A stretch of 64,000 nt of DNA from Eledone cirrhosa (GCA_964016885.1 OZ024740.1:230888001-230952000); one strand, 5' to 3'; shown: positions 12,374-27,075, numbered from the stretch's first letter. Program-made: numbers and translations. The notes: generated by a model not told the origin, from the sequence alone.

Positions 12374-14160
12374 GCCCATTTTAAAATGGATGGTTATCTT
12401 TAAATTAAAACCGTTCATCATAATTTTATTTCAGAAATGTTTCTTATGTAATATTTTGAATATCAGATAACTTATTTAAAGTGGATGTATTTCGTGACAT
12501 CAGCACTACCACTTTACTCTATAGTATAGTGGGTGTATTTTGTGACACCAACACATTACAAAGTATTAATTAAAAGGCTCAGTTTTAAGCAAACTAAAGT
12601 TAAGGGGAAAAAATCTCCTTTGTATTAAAAATAGAAATTGCACAAGTTTTTTTAAAAATGAGGGATCTGGTAGTCCAACTAACTGCACTATCTACTAGTA
12701 TTATAGTGTAATCGTCATTTAACGCCTGCTTTCCCTGTAAGCAAGAGTTGGACAGGTCTTCACAGACCGAGTCTGTACTGAAGTGGGGTCACTAATTTCT
12801 CAGACCTCAACTCAGAACCTCATGATTAAGAAGCAAATATTTTAACCATATAGCCATGCCCACCTATATTCTCTGTAACACAAATTAAACAAGTATTATC
12901 ATTGTAATGTTATAATGTGTATCTTCTTTAAAATAGTTACACTGTATCTCTGCATAGTGTAAGAAACAACTGAAAGAGTTGGCACCAGGAAGGGCATCTG
13001 GCCAAAAAATATCTTGAAATGGACACCATGATGGGCAAGAAGCTTTTCATGGAGCCCACATGACAAATCTCTGATTTAGTTGGGAAAATAGCTTTAAGAT
13101 GCTTGTTGATATTGTTGCTTCTTTGAAAGGTTATAGCAATTACATTTTAAACAACCAAGAAAAGTAAGATGTTGACCCTTAATGTCCTACACAACTTGAA
13201 ACCGCAAGAGCAAGACATTCTTAAAAATGTAAAGCAGCACTATGACTGTACCACAGTAAAAATATAAATATCTACCTTAATGCTGCTAATTCTGAAAATG
13301 ATTCATCCACCTGTACAGATACTGTAATTGTGAATTAACAATTCAACTAAATCAAGAAGTTAAATTGGGAATAACTGTTTATTTATAGAAAGGGAATTTT
13401 TAAAACTCCATAAATACATTTTAATTTCATTTACAAAAAGTGAAAATGAAACTATAACAGGTACACATATAATATATATGTATTGGTTAACCACAATATT
13501 CTGGTTCAGATCTGTAAGTATCCCAACTCTTACATACAATTCCACATTCTACCAAGTGCAGAGAGTTTGATGTGTCCATGACACAATTCAAGAGTCCTCC
13601 CAACCCTTTGTTTGGCAAGTTATGTACAGCTGGATGCCCTTCCTATCACCAACCACTTTACAGCATGTACTGAGTGCTTTTATTATGTAGATCACAAACA
13701 GTAGGGAGTGTCCTCCCAACCCTTTATCTGGCAAGTTATCTACAGCTGGATGTCCTTCCTAGTGTACTGGATGCGTATATCATGATTTAACATACGCAAT
13801 TACATTTTAAACAACCAAGAAAACTAAGATGTTGTATACAATGTCCTATACAACATGAAACTGCTCTGTAGCACGTTTCTCACCCATGTGACTGAAACTG
13901 CGTAGAGCAGTTTGTAGAAAACTCGATTGGTAAATTGTGTGAGTTTTTGGCTTCCTCAAAATTTATATACACATATATATACATACATAACATACATTCA
14001 TACACATATATATACATCCTCATCAATACATACACATATATATCACCCCCCCCCCCTCTCAAGAGCGTAAAACTAATAAACCTTTGTTTGTACTGCCTCT
14101 CTGTTTTTGTTCCCGTTCCAGTTTTCACTATATACATACACACATGCATATACATATATA

Positions 14161-14740
14161 TGATGGCTGCCCCCTCGTTATCGAGTATGGCCATTGCACA
14201 ATATACCGTTATTAGTAATTATTAATTAATTCCATCGTGCAATGCCTGTGCATGAAGATTTTTTTTAACGTGAAGAAAGATTGTGCACTGAGCCAATCCC
14301 ACTCTCTGAGCGACTAGCTATACTATAACCCGAAATGAAGAAGAGATCAACATCATCGGTAACTACTGAGCCGCAGGTTTTATGTCGGAGTTATCCCAGT
14401 TTCCTGATTTGCCTTCTCCTAGAAGAATGCCCTGACAAAGGCTAGGGGACCTTCACTCCCAGTCGTTTAACCACGAGATTGGGTATCCAGCCCGACTATT
14501 TCTATGTTCCCGCGCATATACATACACAAGTACATACTTATTTACACATTTTTGGATGGCTGTTGACTCTTATGAGTTCTTCCGCCCTTTGTCAGATTTT
14601 GTTTTTTGTCCTGCAGTGTCCAAAATCACCCTCCTCACCAAGTAAACTTGGTGGGGTTGCCAGTTTAGTCTCCGACGACCCGACCATGCGACAGGTTGTA
14701 CTGGGTTAATGTTACCAGTAGCACTCAAGAGTAACCCAAC
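14161..14740 (-). mobile_element. Full-length copy of the ~580-bp non-autonomous RTE-derived element
   Basis: Aligns end to end with 3074-3658. Confidence 0.8.
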
Positions 14741-15374
14741 ATATATATATAGATACATATATATATACATATACATACATTCATATATATATATATATAC
14801 ATACATATCTATATACATATAATATTCGGGTGTCACAGCAGCAAAAACACCAAGTCAATTATGTAAGGTTGTTGAACTGGTAATACAATGTAAAAGCACC
14901 CAGTCTACACCGTAAAATTGTGCTGGTAACAACAAAAAAAAAGCACCCAATCCACTGTTTGTTGGCTGGTGTTATGAAGAGCCCCCAGTCTACACTGTAA
15001 TGTCGTTGATGTTAGGAAGGGCATCCAGTTGTGGAAACAAAGCTAAAATACAGATCTATATGAGCAAGACTGGTTGACCTGACCTGTCTCATAACGTGAA
15101 AACCCATCTAACCCATGAAAGCATGGAAAAAGAGACATTAAATTGTGATGATAAACCCATGCAAGCGTGGAACACGGACGTTAAACGATGATGATGATGA
15201 TGATGATGACACATGTAGAAATAGGGGGGGGGGGAGAGAGTGGATTGGTAAAATTGTTAGAACCCCAGACAAGATATCTTGTAATATTTGTTCAGGTCCT
15301 TTACATTCTGTGTTCATAGTCTACTGTGACCTACTTGGATCATCAGCATCATCATTTAACATCCACTTCCCCTG

Positions 15375-16368
15375 CTAGCAAAAATACTGCAGAAACTTAT
15401 GAAATGGTAAAAATTGCTTATGGATTAAATTTCATGAGCTGGGCGACTATTTTCCATTGATACAATAGGTTCCAGGAGGGCAGGGAGCAGGTGAGAGATG
15501 ATGAGAGATGTGGCAGGGAGAGGGGAGGAGCGTTGTGCATCTCTTCTTACGATTGCTAAACAGTTTGAACTGGTTGAGGGAACTATGCACAGAGTCTTTC
15601 ATGAAGATCTGAATGTGCACAAAGTTTGTTGCCAGGGTACTGAATGAAGATCAAAAGCAGAGATGTGTTGATGACAGCAGGGAGATAGTCGAGTGTATCA
15701 CTTTGAATCCTTATGTCCTTGAGTCTCTGGTAATCCGTGATGAGAGCTGGGTGTATTGTTATGATCCAGAGACCAAGAGACAGAGTGCCCAGTGGAAACA
15801 TTCCAACTCCCCAAGACCCAAGAAGGCCAGGCAAAGCAGGTCAACTGAGCAGTTCATGATGATTCCATTCTTCGACTGCAAGGGCATCATCTACATCCAC
15901 TGGGTCCCCCATGGCCAGACAGTCAACAAACTATGTAGAGGTTTTGAGACAGTTCAGAAAAAAATGTTGTCGTAAGAAACCAGAACTTTTCACGTTTGGT
16001 TAGTGGCACCAGGACAATGCCCCTTGCCACAAATCCATCCTGGTGACCAGCTACTTGGTCGATATGGGGATCAACACTGTCCCTCATCCTCCCTACAATC
16101 CAGACATAGTCCCATGTGACTTTTGGATGTTCCCGAAGCTGAAAGAGAAGCTCAGATGTATCCCCGCTTTGAGGATGTGGAGGAGATGAAGAGGCTGTGA
16201 CAAGCACCCTGGACACCTACAAAATGGCCTTCTAGAGTGGCTGGAGTGCTACAAGTGCATTGATGTTGGAGGATCCTACTTTGAAGGAGACTAAAGTTTT
16301 GTGTTGGTTTTGAGTTAAATAAATGTATCTCTGATAAAAGTCTCAAAACATCTTGAGTGTACTTCGTA
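15375..16368 (+). mobile_element. Decayed mariner (DD34D-type) transposon
   Basis: DESWVYCYDPETKRQSAQW, FFDCKGII, HQDNAP, HPPYNPDIVPCDFWMFPKLK; right end ...gtacttcgta. Confidence 0.9.
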
Positions 16369-16403
16369 GTGGACGTAAAATGATGATGATGATGATACAC
16401 ACA

Positions 16404-16848
16404 CACGAGGGGCTTCAAAAGGTTTGTGGAAAATGGACAGTTGGGGAAAAAACGGTTTTAGTTATATTTATCTTTCAACATATGCTCCATCTAGGTCAAT
16501 ACACTTCTGTAAGCGTTGATACCAGCCTTTAAGTCTATCTGTGTAAGACCGAGGGCCATACAATTTAAACCATGTCAAAGCATCTTTTTTTACATCTTCA
16601 TCCTCATCTCTTCCACTTTTAAAAAGAATTATCCATTTGTGGGTTGTTGATTTCTTTGGGGCATTGTCCCTATAAACTTTCTCCAGAGCATCAATTTGGC
16701 TGCTCTTCCACTCTAGTTTCATCATAGATTTTATGTTTTGATGGAGGCCATATTGCAACATGCATTTAAGGGTTCATTGAAATCAAAATCTCTGCATATG
16801 ATCTTTAGCTATATACTTTTCCCACAAACGTTTTGAAGCCTCCTTGTA
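16404..16848 (-). mobile_element. Internally deleted mariner with both TIRs
   Basis: TIRs acgagggggcttcaaaaggtttgtggaaaa / ttttcccacaaacgttttgaagcctccttgta; ORF 16468-16761 joins HTH (LEKVYRDNAP...W...FKSGR) to C-terminal WYQRLQKCIDLDGAYVE. Confidence 0.85.
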
Positions 16849-18289
16849 TATATATATTTGATGAGTATTCAGCTGTTTCATCAATTGAACATCCAACCCA
16901 TGGATTAACGATTATGTGGCTGAGTATTCCATAGAAACATGTGCCCTTACTGTAATTCACAAGCCAAATCAGCACAACACAGTATGTGAGAAGGCTGGAC
17001 TTTGAATTACAGGTATAGTCCATCTAACAGGCTTCTACAGTTTCCATATATTTAATTTCACTCCCAGAGCTATGGTAAAGAGATTTTCCCATGATGCCAC
17101 GCAGTGAGTTCTAACTCAGAACCTCATAATTGTGAAGCAAATTTCTTAACCACTCAGCCAAGCCTACATCCACACACACACACACTTGTCAGCATCATCA
17201 TCGTAGTTTTAATGTCCACTTTCCCTGCTAGCAAGTGTTGGACGGGCCTATACAGACCAAGTCAATACTCAAGTGGAGCCACAGATCTGTGTTTCACTTA
17301 TGTACAGTCTTTCGTTCCACCGAGTGCTCAGGAGAGGTAGTCATGCCTTTGACATAACTGAGGATCCTCCCGACCCTTTGTTTGACAGTATTTCTATGGT
17401 TGGATGCTCTTCCTATCACCATCCCCTTTACAGTGTATACTGGGTGCATTTATCGTGTAAATCACCAACACTACAAATACATCTAATTGTGATGTGATAG
17501 TCCCATAACTCCTAATGGAGTGGTAGGGGTGCTGTAGTGGCATACAGCATTTTTTGAGCTGGAATGAATACAACAAAGCACTCCAACCAACGTTGCCAAT
17601 TCGCCACCTTCACATATCATTATCATCGTTTATTGTCTGCTTTTCTATGCTGGCATGTGTTGGACAGTTCATCACAGATTCAGTCATTACTTAACTGGAA
17701 CTATACCCTTCCCACATGGGCTGAGGTGGCGACATCTTGTTTACACACATTCCGGTTTGGGCATTTTTCTACAGCTGAATGCTTTTCCCAATAACAACCA
17801 CTTTAAAGAGTTTACTAGATGCTTTTATTATGACACAGTACTAGGAAGGTTATGTCCTCTCAATCTTTTTTTTGGCCTGTTAGCTATGGCTGGATGCCCT
17901 TCCTAATGCTATCCATTTTATAGTGTACTGGGAGCCTTTATTGTGGCACCAGTACTAGGGTGGTTGTTGGTTGTTCACTTGACTGAAAAGCTCTCTCTGC
18001 CTTATACTTTTGGAAGTGAGAATAGGAGGGAGGGGTTAAATGGATGACAAGTGTGGTGGGATTTAAGTGGATGATGTGATGGAGAAAGGAGGTGGGAAAA
18101 ATGTAGGATAAAGTGAAGGGTTTGGTCATGAACTGGCCAAAAGTCACATCAACTACATGGTTGTTGCATAGAGGCTGCGTTAGATAGAGGAAGGAAAGGA
18201 ATATATGGATGCAGTGGATAGCATAGCTGAAATGTAGGAAATTGATAGGGTCAACAAGGGTACACTGGGAGCCGCGTTTTTATACCAGT

Positions 18290-19160
18290 AGGTGGATCAT
18301 CTCACGTATTGCATGTCACCAATCATCACAGCCCTCCCTTTATCATCTCTATTGTGAGGTTCAACCTTGTAAGGCTGGTCTTGATAGATTGACTACTTCC
18401 ACAGATTTAATCCACTGAGATTCCTCTGCAGTTCTTTACATAGTTATCATCTTCCATATTGAGTTTTCCTTTCAGCTCATTTATGCTATGTCATTCATAC
18501 ACATGAACATTACACATATTCCACAGCACACTTGCTTCATTTCTTTATAGCCTTCACAGATCTTCTGCAGTCAAGGCCTATATCTCAGTCATGTAACACT
18601 GCAGTTTGCACGAAAGCATCATACAGTCAACACTTCATTCTGAGAGAAAAGCCTTTTGTTGACAACAGAATCAACAGAAGTACTTGCTCCTTATACTTCT
18701 TCTAGACTATTCTTATTACCCTGTCTGAGCATCTTCCTCCACTGAAGATTAAGTCACTAACGTAACAAAGGCCATCAACAATTCCCAGGGGACAGCCCAG
18801 GCAATTGGGAAATCTATTTTACATGTGTCATTAACACTTATTTATTCTACATATCTGCTGCATACAAAATTTACCTCCTCTATTAATCTGCCTGCAATCC
18901 CACTACATCTCTTGTGCATTCATTGATAGTGCACCTTATGGAAATTATGCTCCTGCTTTTTGGCATGTCGAGCAAGGCCATTTCCTTGACAGCATCAAAG
19001 TTCTATCTTCCTTCTTACTTGTTAAGCCTTTAGTCTTTGTTTCCATGCCTGGAATTTTATTAAGAGTTCTACAGATCCAACTATAAAGGACTATGCCATC
19101 AATATATAGGGGTAACCATGGACAGTTAGTCTTAAATTCCTGTTATGGCTGGGAAGACAA
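18290..19160 (-). mobile_element. Old, heavily decayed RTE ORF2 fragment
   Basis: Reverse strand retains KGFSLRMK, KRCSGIAG and EFKTNCPW remnants. Confidence 0.7.
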
Positions 19161-19439
19161 TGATAAACTGAAAGGGATTGAAGAGGAAAACCTGCCCCCC
19201 CCCCCCCCCCCACATACACACACACACACTTCAAAGCTGTCACTATATACACTATACATACATGTCATCACCATCATATTTATATCAATTTTACCATGCT
19301 TGCTCAGATCAAACAAACCCTCTCCAGTATAGCCTATCTCCATTTGTTTCTTTCCTATGTGAATTGTAGTTGCTTGAGATCAGCTTTCACCATCTCTGAC
19401 ATTGTCTTACTTTCAATTGGAACTCCTGATGCTACTTCA

Positions 19440-20862
19440 CTCAATATTCATTATTCATATACATTATATTTATTATTGCCCTTCAGGCTATAACAGTGGA
19501 GTTCAATACCGGCTGCCCATGGGAACTCCTATACGCAGATGATCTAACGCTCATAGCTGAATCAATGGCTGAGCTAGAGAAGAAATTCCAAACATGGAAG
19601 CACGGCCTAGAATCAAAAGGCCTTAAAATTAACCTGGCTAAGACTAAAGTTCTAGTTTGTAGGAAAGAAAATAAGGCGCCGGTCCCTTCCGGGAAATGGC
19701 CATGCTCAGTGTGTAGGAAAGGCGTAGGTAGAAACTCCATTTTATGTCCCAAATGCAAAGTATGGGTACATAAAAGATGTAGTGGGATCACAGGTAAGCT
19801 AACTAAGAACATAGATTTTACATGTGGCCGGTGCTCTGGTGCAATAAGTAACAGCAAGTGCCCACAAAATACTAGCTCTTTCAATTGCGCAGAGGGTTCT
19901 ATAGAAATAGTGTACAGCTTCCGTTACCTGGGTGACAAAATCAGCAGTGGGGGAGGGTGCTCTGAAAGTACAGTAGCTAGAGTCAGAACTGGATGGAAAA
20001 AGTTCAGAGAGTTTATACCACTATTAGCCGCTAAAGGGTTCTCCCTAAAAATGAAAGGCAGGTTGTATGATGCCTGCATACGAACAGCAATGTTGCATGG
20101 CAGTGAGACCTGGGCATTGTGTGCAGAGGATATACGCAGACTAGAGAGGAACGAAGCTTGCATGCTCCACTGGATGTGTAATAGTAATATACGTGAACGG
20201 CAAAGCATAAACGAACTAAGGGAAAAATTAGAAATAAGAGGGATCAGATGTTGTTTACTCGAGAGAAGGCTACGTTAGTATGGTCACGTGATGCGCATGA
20301 AAGACGACAGCTGTATAAAAAAGTGCAGGGCAATAAAGATAGACGGTAGCCACGGAGTAGGCAGACCCAGAAAAACCTGGGATGAGCTGATAAATTCCGA
20401 CCTCACACACTTACACCTCTCCAAGACAATGTCACTGGACCGAGACCTTTGGCAGTACTCAGTAATAGAGAAGACCCGCCTTACCTAAATACAAAGTAAA
20501 ACCTACTACAGTCAGTAGGCATCTTTAACAAAATACCCCCCCCCCCCCCCATCCACACCGCCCCTTTCAATGTAAAGTTATGTTGGTGCCACAACATCCA
20601 GGCCGAAACAAATGAGATCGTGTAGGTGTCACGACAAAAAAAACACACAGTCCACGCTGTAATGTGGCCGTGTAGGCAACACGGTAAAAACCTCCCAGCC
20701 CCACACTGTAAATGTGGTTGGTGTTAGGAAGGGCATCCAGCTGTAGAAAACCCGCCAGACAGTCCTATGCGAGCAAGACAACCACTCTTGCCTCAAGTGG
20801 GAAAACTCCCGTCCAAACCCATGCAAGCGTGGAACATGGACGTTAAACGATGATGATGATGA
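19440..20862 (+). mobile_element. 5'-truncated RTE LINE with complete 3' end
   Basis: ORF 19496-20278 LLYADDL...PCSVCRKGVGRNSILCPKCKVWVHKRCSG...CGRC...YLGD...HGSETW; premature stop at W of RLRWYGHV; GRPRKTW; (GAT)n tail. Confidence 0.93.
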
Positions 20863-20879
20863 TTATATATCTATACCAC

Positions 20880-21440
20880 CACAATCTTCTCTCCTGCACA
20901 CAACATTTGATCCCTCATGTACATTAACATTCCACACCTAACATAAGCTTATTTAGTTTTTTTCCAGCTGTCACACACCCTCTGTATTCACTACCTATGT
21001 CTATTATGCAACATCACAGTTCTCATGCAGGCATCATCAATCTACTCTTCACTCAAAGGAGAACCCCTTTGTTACCAACAGATTTAATATCTCCCTGAAT
21101 TTTTTCCATCCTGTTCTGATTCTAGCTCCTCCACTAATTAGGTCACCTAGGTAACAGAAGCAATCAGCTACTGCTATAGAGCCCTCTCTGGAAAGGAAAA
21201 TGTTATTTCACTAATGCTCTTACTTCCAACTAAACCTGTTCATCTGCTACATACAAAATCCATCATCTCTGAAAATCTGCATACAATCCTTCTACATCTC
21301 TTACCCACATTTTACATTAGTACACCGTATAGAATTCCTACCTCTTCCAAACACAGCCATTTCCCAAATGGTTTCTGAGTGTTGTCTTTCCTACTTAGTG
21401 AAAAATTTGGTCTTTGGTAGGTTTAACTTGAGCCCTATAG
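20880..21440 (-). mobile_element. Decayed RTE fragment, inverted relative to the adjacent copy
   Basis: Reverse strand CYLGDLISGG..IRTGWKKFRE..NLLVTKG. Confidence 0.7.
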
Positions 21441-22743
21441 TTCAGTGATGGTGTGATGACAAAATGCACCCAATCCACCCTGTAAGATGGTAGAGCTGGA
21501 GTCACAATAAAATACTCCCAGTACAGGCTATAAAGTGACTCACACCAGAAAGGACATTCAGCCACAGAAACCAAGCCAAAATCATAGTGCACTTACAAGC
21601 ATGATGCAGTCACCTGACCAGCCTGTAGATTTGATATTATATGAGATAAATTGTTTACTGTGAAAATACAATAGTAAATATAGAGTAATGTAAATACTAA
21701 AACGTCAAAGTATTTTTTGCTGAATTATGAATTAGCTAATTTTAGAAAAGAGAAATTTTGTTTTTTTCTTTTTTAAAAATCCCCATAAATATTAGTTTCC
21801 ATTTCAGTTACAAAAAGTGAAAGTAATTATAAGTTAAGAATAAATGAATTCATTACACTTTCACATTTAAGAATTTACTGCAATTAGCAATATCCTATCT
21901 CCTTTGGTTCCTAATATTCAATAATGGACAAATATTAAAGAATTGAATATATCTTACAAGAGAAAATGAAAAATACTTAAAAAAACAAAACAATGTTATG
22001 AAAGAATTCTGAACATAAACAAAATTTAGATTCACTTTCATTAATGTTTAATTCTTTCCTGGGTATACTCACGGGTCCCAAATAATATCAGTAATTTTTT
22101 TAAAAGCCAGAAAGAGATTTGAGACCCAAGAGTAAGAAACTGCCTATGTACTTCAATAAATTTTTTAGTAGGAAAGATTTGGTAGAATAATGTTTTCATA
22201 TATAAGCTGATGTTCGGGACATAAGATATAAAAAGTTCTTACATAAAATTATAAGGGAAAATTTTAATTTAGAACGCTTTAACCCATTAGTTACTGTAAT
22301 TTTTAAATGAAATGCACTGTATTTGAATTAATTAATGAAGAATTTAAAATAAAACTAATTATTCGATTAATATGATGGTATACAAAAGGTTCATATATCA
22401 AATTATATAGGAAGATTTTAATTGAAATAGGAACCCTTTGATTTTGTGATTTTGTTTAATAAAAACTGAGGCAGTTTAGACAGTTTGTTAAAAAAGGGGT
22501 CAAAATTGTCAGTTTGTATTATAGAACCAGAGAGTTTTGGGTAGGCGAGTGTCAAAATGGTTAAGAGATTGAACAAATTATAGAAAGGTGAACAGAATCA
22601 CATTAAATTTAGAGCCCTTCTGAAGTAAGACAATGAAAAATACCAGCAACATATCTAAACTCAAAAGTATAATAAAGTAAAACCCCAGTTCATGAATGCC
22701 TTGCATCATGAACAAATCAGTTCTCAAACACTTTTTCTGAATA

Positions 22744-23547
22744 TACGAGGTGCGTCTGAAAAGTAACAGGACTTAGTGTGCTGTGTGAGCTATGAGTGGG
22801 GTAGGGATTAGCGGGTGCGCCAGTGAATGACATAATATCCAGGGAGTATATAACTGTGATCTCAGCTCTCTGCAGCCATTGTATGTTTTTGGCATGCTTT
22901 TAACAGCTAGTCAATTTTAGGCCGTCGAACGATGAGCACAGAGCAACAAACCAACCTGAAGTTTCTGGTCTGGCAGGGGAAAACTCCGTCAGAAACACTC
23001 AGAATACTGCCAGTGTACGGAGATGAGATGATGTCGCACTCATGGATTTCCGAGTGGCACAAAAAGTGGGATGCAAGGACACGAAAGAGGCCTCCAACGA
23101 GCAGGACTGAGGCCAACATTGAGCGTGTGAGGCAGGCGTTACTTAGAGATCGTTGGCTGACTGTTTGACTGATTGCAAGTGAGCTGGGCATGAGCCGCGA
23201 CAACGTTTGGAAGATTAATACCAAAAATTTGGGCATGCGGAAGATCGCCAGCTCACAATGCCCTGAGCATCAGGCAGTTCCTTATTCACCTAATCTTGCA
23301 CTGTGTGACTTTTTTCTTTTCCCCAAGATCAAGGGAGGTCACCAAAGAGACCTGTTTTGAAGGCGTGGAGACCATCAAGAAGGCCCTAACAAAGGAGCTG
23401 AGGGGCCTCCCAGAATAATCCTTCCAGCAGTGTATAGAAGGATGGAAAAGTGCATTAGACTTGAAGGGGAAACCATGTACTTTATTGTTGGAACTGAAAT
23501 AAATTGTTTGTGACACCAGTCATGTTACTTTTCAGACAGACCCCATA
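22744..23547 (+). mobile_element. Internally deleted mariner with both TIRs
   Basis: TIRs tacgaggtgcgtctgaaaagtaac / gttacttttcagacagaccccata; MSTEQQTNLKFLVWQGKTPSET (HTH) and PYSPNLALCDFFLFPKIK. Confidence 0.87.
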
Positions 23548-26052
23548 AAACGTCTTGGTTCACAAACGGTATCTTGAGTAACGAACACACAAGCCAGCAA
23601 CAATGGTTGGCAACTAGCTTGGAGTATCAGTGGAAAATCATCACTTACTGTGTAGCTAGTTACTATGGTGATATCTATCTGTCTATCACACACTGTATTT
23701 CCCTCTCAACATTTCGTAGGGGAAAAATTGCTTCAGCTGACGAACATTTTGGGTGATGAACGGCCTTCATTAATGGAAAGACCTACTTTCATCATTAACA
23801 ATTCTATTACCACATATTTCTAATGAAAGATATTACTTATGATTTTTAATTAATTTTGAAGCTACTCAAGACTCAGAAGTGAAGGTATTTAGAGCATAAT
23901 AAAATATTTTATATAAACTTATAATGTAAGTTTTTAGGTCACTATAAACACTTTAATACAAATAAGGCTAGCATCATAGATCCAGAGGCTATTTGGCATA
24001 AAAAAAATGGGGAAAAACATGAGGATTGATATCAAAGTATGTATCTGGCTGTACAAAGTTTGGCATTAAAATATCAAAAAGTAAGTGAGTAGAATAACAT
24101 AAAGGAAGAAATATAAAGATAATTAAGGATATGAGAATGAAATTTCAACTAAAAAATGGTCATAATAAAGGTTTTTTAATATAGGTACAAGGCCAGCAAT
24201 TTTGGGGAGAAGGATAAGTCAATTACATTGACTTCCATGCTTGACTGGAACTTTATTTTTACCTGGAAGGGCCAAAAGCAAGGTTGACTGTTGCAGGATT
24301 TGAACTCAGAAAGTAAAGAGGCATAACTAAATACAGTAGAGCATTTTGTCCGATACTCTAACAATTCTGCCAATCCACTTCCTTAAAAATTGTTATAATA
24401 ATCTTTTTTCACATAAGCACAAGACCATACATTTTGATGGAAGGTTCATCATCATGGCATGGTCACATAACTCTTGATGGAGTTGTAGGGGCACTCTATT
24501 GACAAACAGCATTTCTTAGGCATCTTAAGCCTGGCAGAGCCAATCCCTTTCCAGGCCTCAGTATAGCAGATTTGTTCCAGAGAAAGATAGAGAGTGAGAG
24601 AATAGAAGTGGGAAAAAAGATATAGAGGAAGATTCGAACCCAGTACTAAACTGATAGCTTTTTTTTTATCGACCTCAAAAGAATGAAAGGCAAAGTTGAA
24701 CTCAAGCCGGAACAAAGCATTCTATCTGATGTTTAATTCACTGCCTCATCATCATCATACAGTTAATTAAATGAACACAAGGACTTCACTGTTACTTATG
24801 TTATTATTGACACCCAGGAGAATGAAATGCAAAGATAGATTCAGTGAAATCTTAATTAAGAACATAACCAAGCGTCATAAAGTGGTGGTTCCCATACTTA
24901 TGAAACAAAAATTGTTTAGAGAGAGAATTTACTAGATGTACATTATGTAAAATAGTTGGTGTGAGGAAGAATATTTAGCCATAGGAACCATGCCAAACAA
25001 AAAGATGAGAGGAAATAACAACCTCCCGAGAACCACAAGAAAGTGTATCCAGTACATGGTTGGTGTGAGGAAGAACATTTAGCCATAGGAACCATGCCCA
25101 ACAAAAGGATGAAAGGACTTTTGAGATGTGTCAAGGACATGACAACCTCCCTAGAAACACGAGAAAATGTAGAGTACACGCTGTAAAGTGGTAGGTGTTA
25201 GAAATGGCTGGATGCCCTTCCTGCTACCAATTACTTTACAGAGTTCATTTTATCATGCCAACAGTACTATACAGGTTGTCTACCAGGACTTAAATGTCCC
25301 CCTCTACACTTTATTGAAAGTTTCTGCTCTCCCATATGGGTTGCCTTCACAGTTTACAAAATTACTCATTTCACAGAACCCTGGGGTTCCTCAGAACTCA
25401 CTTTGGGGAAACACTACCATAAGGTATATTGTCCATCACTCTACTAGTTCTGCCATACTGATGTGATCATAATTATGAACTGTGAAATGGTCTGCTTAAT
25501 ACATTTTAATACATTACAGCACTATTTATTAATAACATTCTTGAAAATCACCCACTTAATAGAACTAAGTAATATCTGTCTTGTGGCTGGAACTTAATCA
25601 AGTTTCTTTGGTGTTAAGTTTAATGATAGAGGCCTAAGTCCTATCATGAAAAGCAATGTGAAATGAAGTCTCTTGCTCAAAAACAGAATGTGCTATGTAA
25701 TTCTGGAATCAAACCCATAACCTCATGATCATGGGACTAACACCCTAACCACACAAATGCGTGTATAAGGGAGTTTCTTCATGGTCACTCAAATCACCAG
25801 AAATAGCCAAATCTTAAATAAGGAAGGACATATGGTATAATGTTGCTCAGAAATAAGAGAAGGCACAAAAGAGAACAGATAGTCATTGAGGAGGTCACAG
25901 AATGTGTGATGAAAGAACTTTACCAATAACTAGTAATAAAGATAAAGTGAAAAAGGGAAAATGATATGGTGTGAGTGTTTCTTTTTTCTTTTTTACTGGC
26001 AATACTGGTAACATGACCATCCCCAAATATAACAAAATTGGTATATACTTAC

Positions 26053-26276
26053 TGAGGTAATCCTTCAAAACAATTTTTGCAGAAGCGATGACCACACATT
26101 CTTTGTATTGGATCCCTAAAAATAAGATGGCACACTGGACACTTGAAGTGCTCGGGAACGCTTTTCCCGTCAGGACAAAGGATTTCAGTGGGATAACCTT
26201 TCTGTAAATCACATGGTAATGAACCACTTGCACTGTCTTGATCCTCGCTGAAATCAGAAGGCATTGAATCTGCCAT
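26053..26276 (-). CDS. First coding exon of a TNF receptor-associated factor (TRAF2/3/6-like) gene, N-terminal RING finger
   Basis: MADSMPSD...GYPTEILCPDGKSVPEHFKCPVCHLIFRDPIQRMCGHRFCKNCF matches the TRAF RING pattern; acceptor ttttccttttccttctgtag before 26286; donor CA/gtaagt after 26053 (phase 2). Paralog not determinable. Confidence 0.85.
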
Positions 26277-26461
26277 TTTTCTAGTCCTACAGAAGGAAAA
26301 GGAAAAGCAGGAATTATTATTAAGCTAAAACAAGAGAGTTTATTCAGAAACTTATTTTTAATATATAGTTAATATTTACAAATATTATGTTTCATATCAA
26401 TGTAACTAAATCTAAATAAATATTCCAGTTTCATTAATGCAGGTTTTTGCTATTTTTCATA

Positions 26462-26492
<31 letters not shown>

Positions 26493-27075
26493 GTATACAT
26501 ATGATGGCTACCCCCTCGTTATCGAGTATGGCCATTGCACGATATACCATTATTAATAATTATTAATTAATTCTATCGTGCAATGCCTGCACGTGAAGAT
26601 ATTTTCTAAAGTGAGGAAAGTCTGTGCACTGAGCCAATCCCACTCCTCTGAGCGACAGTAGCTATAACCCCAAAAGAAGAAAACATCATCGGTAACTATT
26701 GAGCTGCAGGTTTTATATCGGAGTTATCCCAGTTTCCTGAGTTGCTTTCTCCTAGATGAATGCCCTGAAAAAAGGCTAGGGGTTCTTCACTCCCAGTTAT
26801 ATATATATATATATATATACATACATACACATATATATGTATGTATGTATATACATACATACACATATATATATATATATATATATACATACATACATAC
26901 ATATATATATACATACATATACATACATACATATATATATATATAAATATAGACATACATATATATAAATATATATATATATATACATATATATAAATAT
27001 ACATATATATAAATACAAACATACATACATATACATATATATATACATACACATACATATATATACATACACACA

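Noticed and set aside
13276-13310. Possible micro-exon VDESFSELAAL
   Set aside because: Weak polypyrimidine tract and no recognisable TRAF motif
23645-23782. Minus-strand frame ...AIFPLRNVEREIQC, reminiscent of the TRAF post-RING linker
   Set aside because: Wrong phase, no CxxC, poor acceptor and a stop before the gtaagt donor
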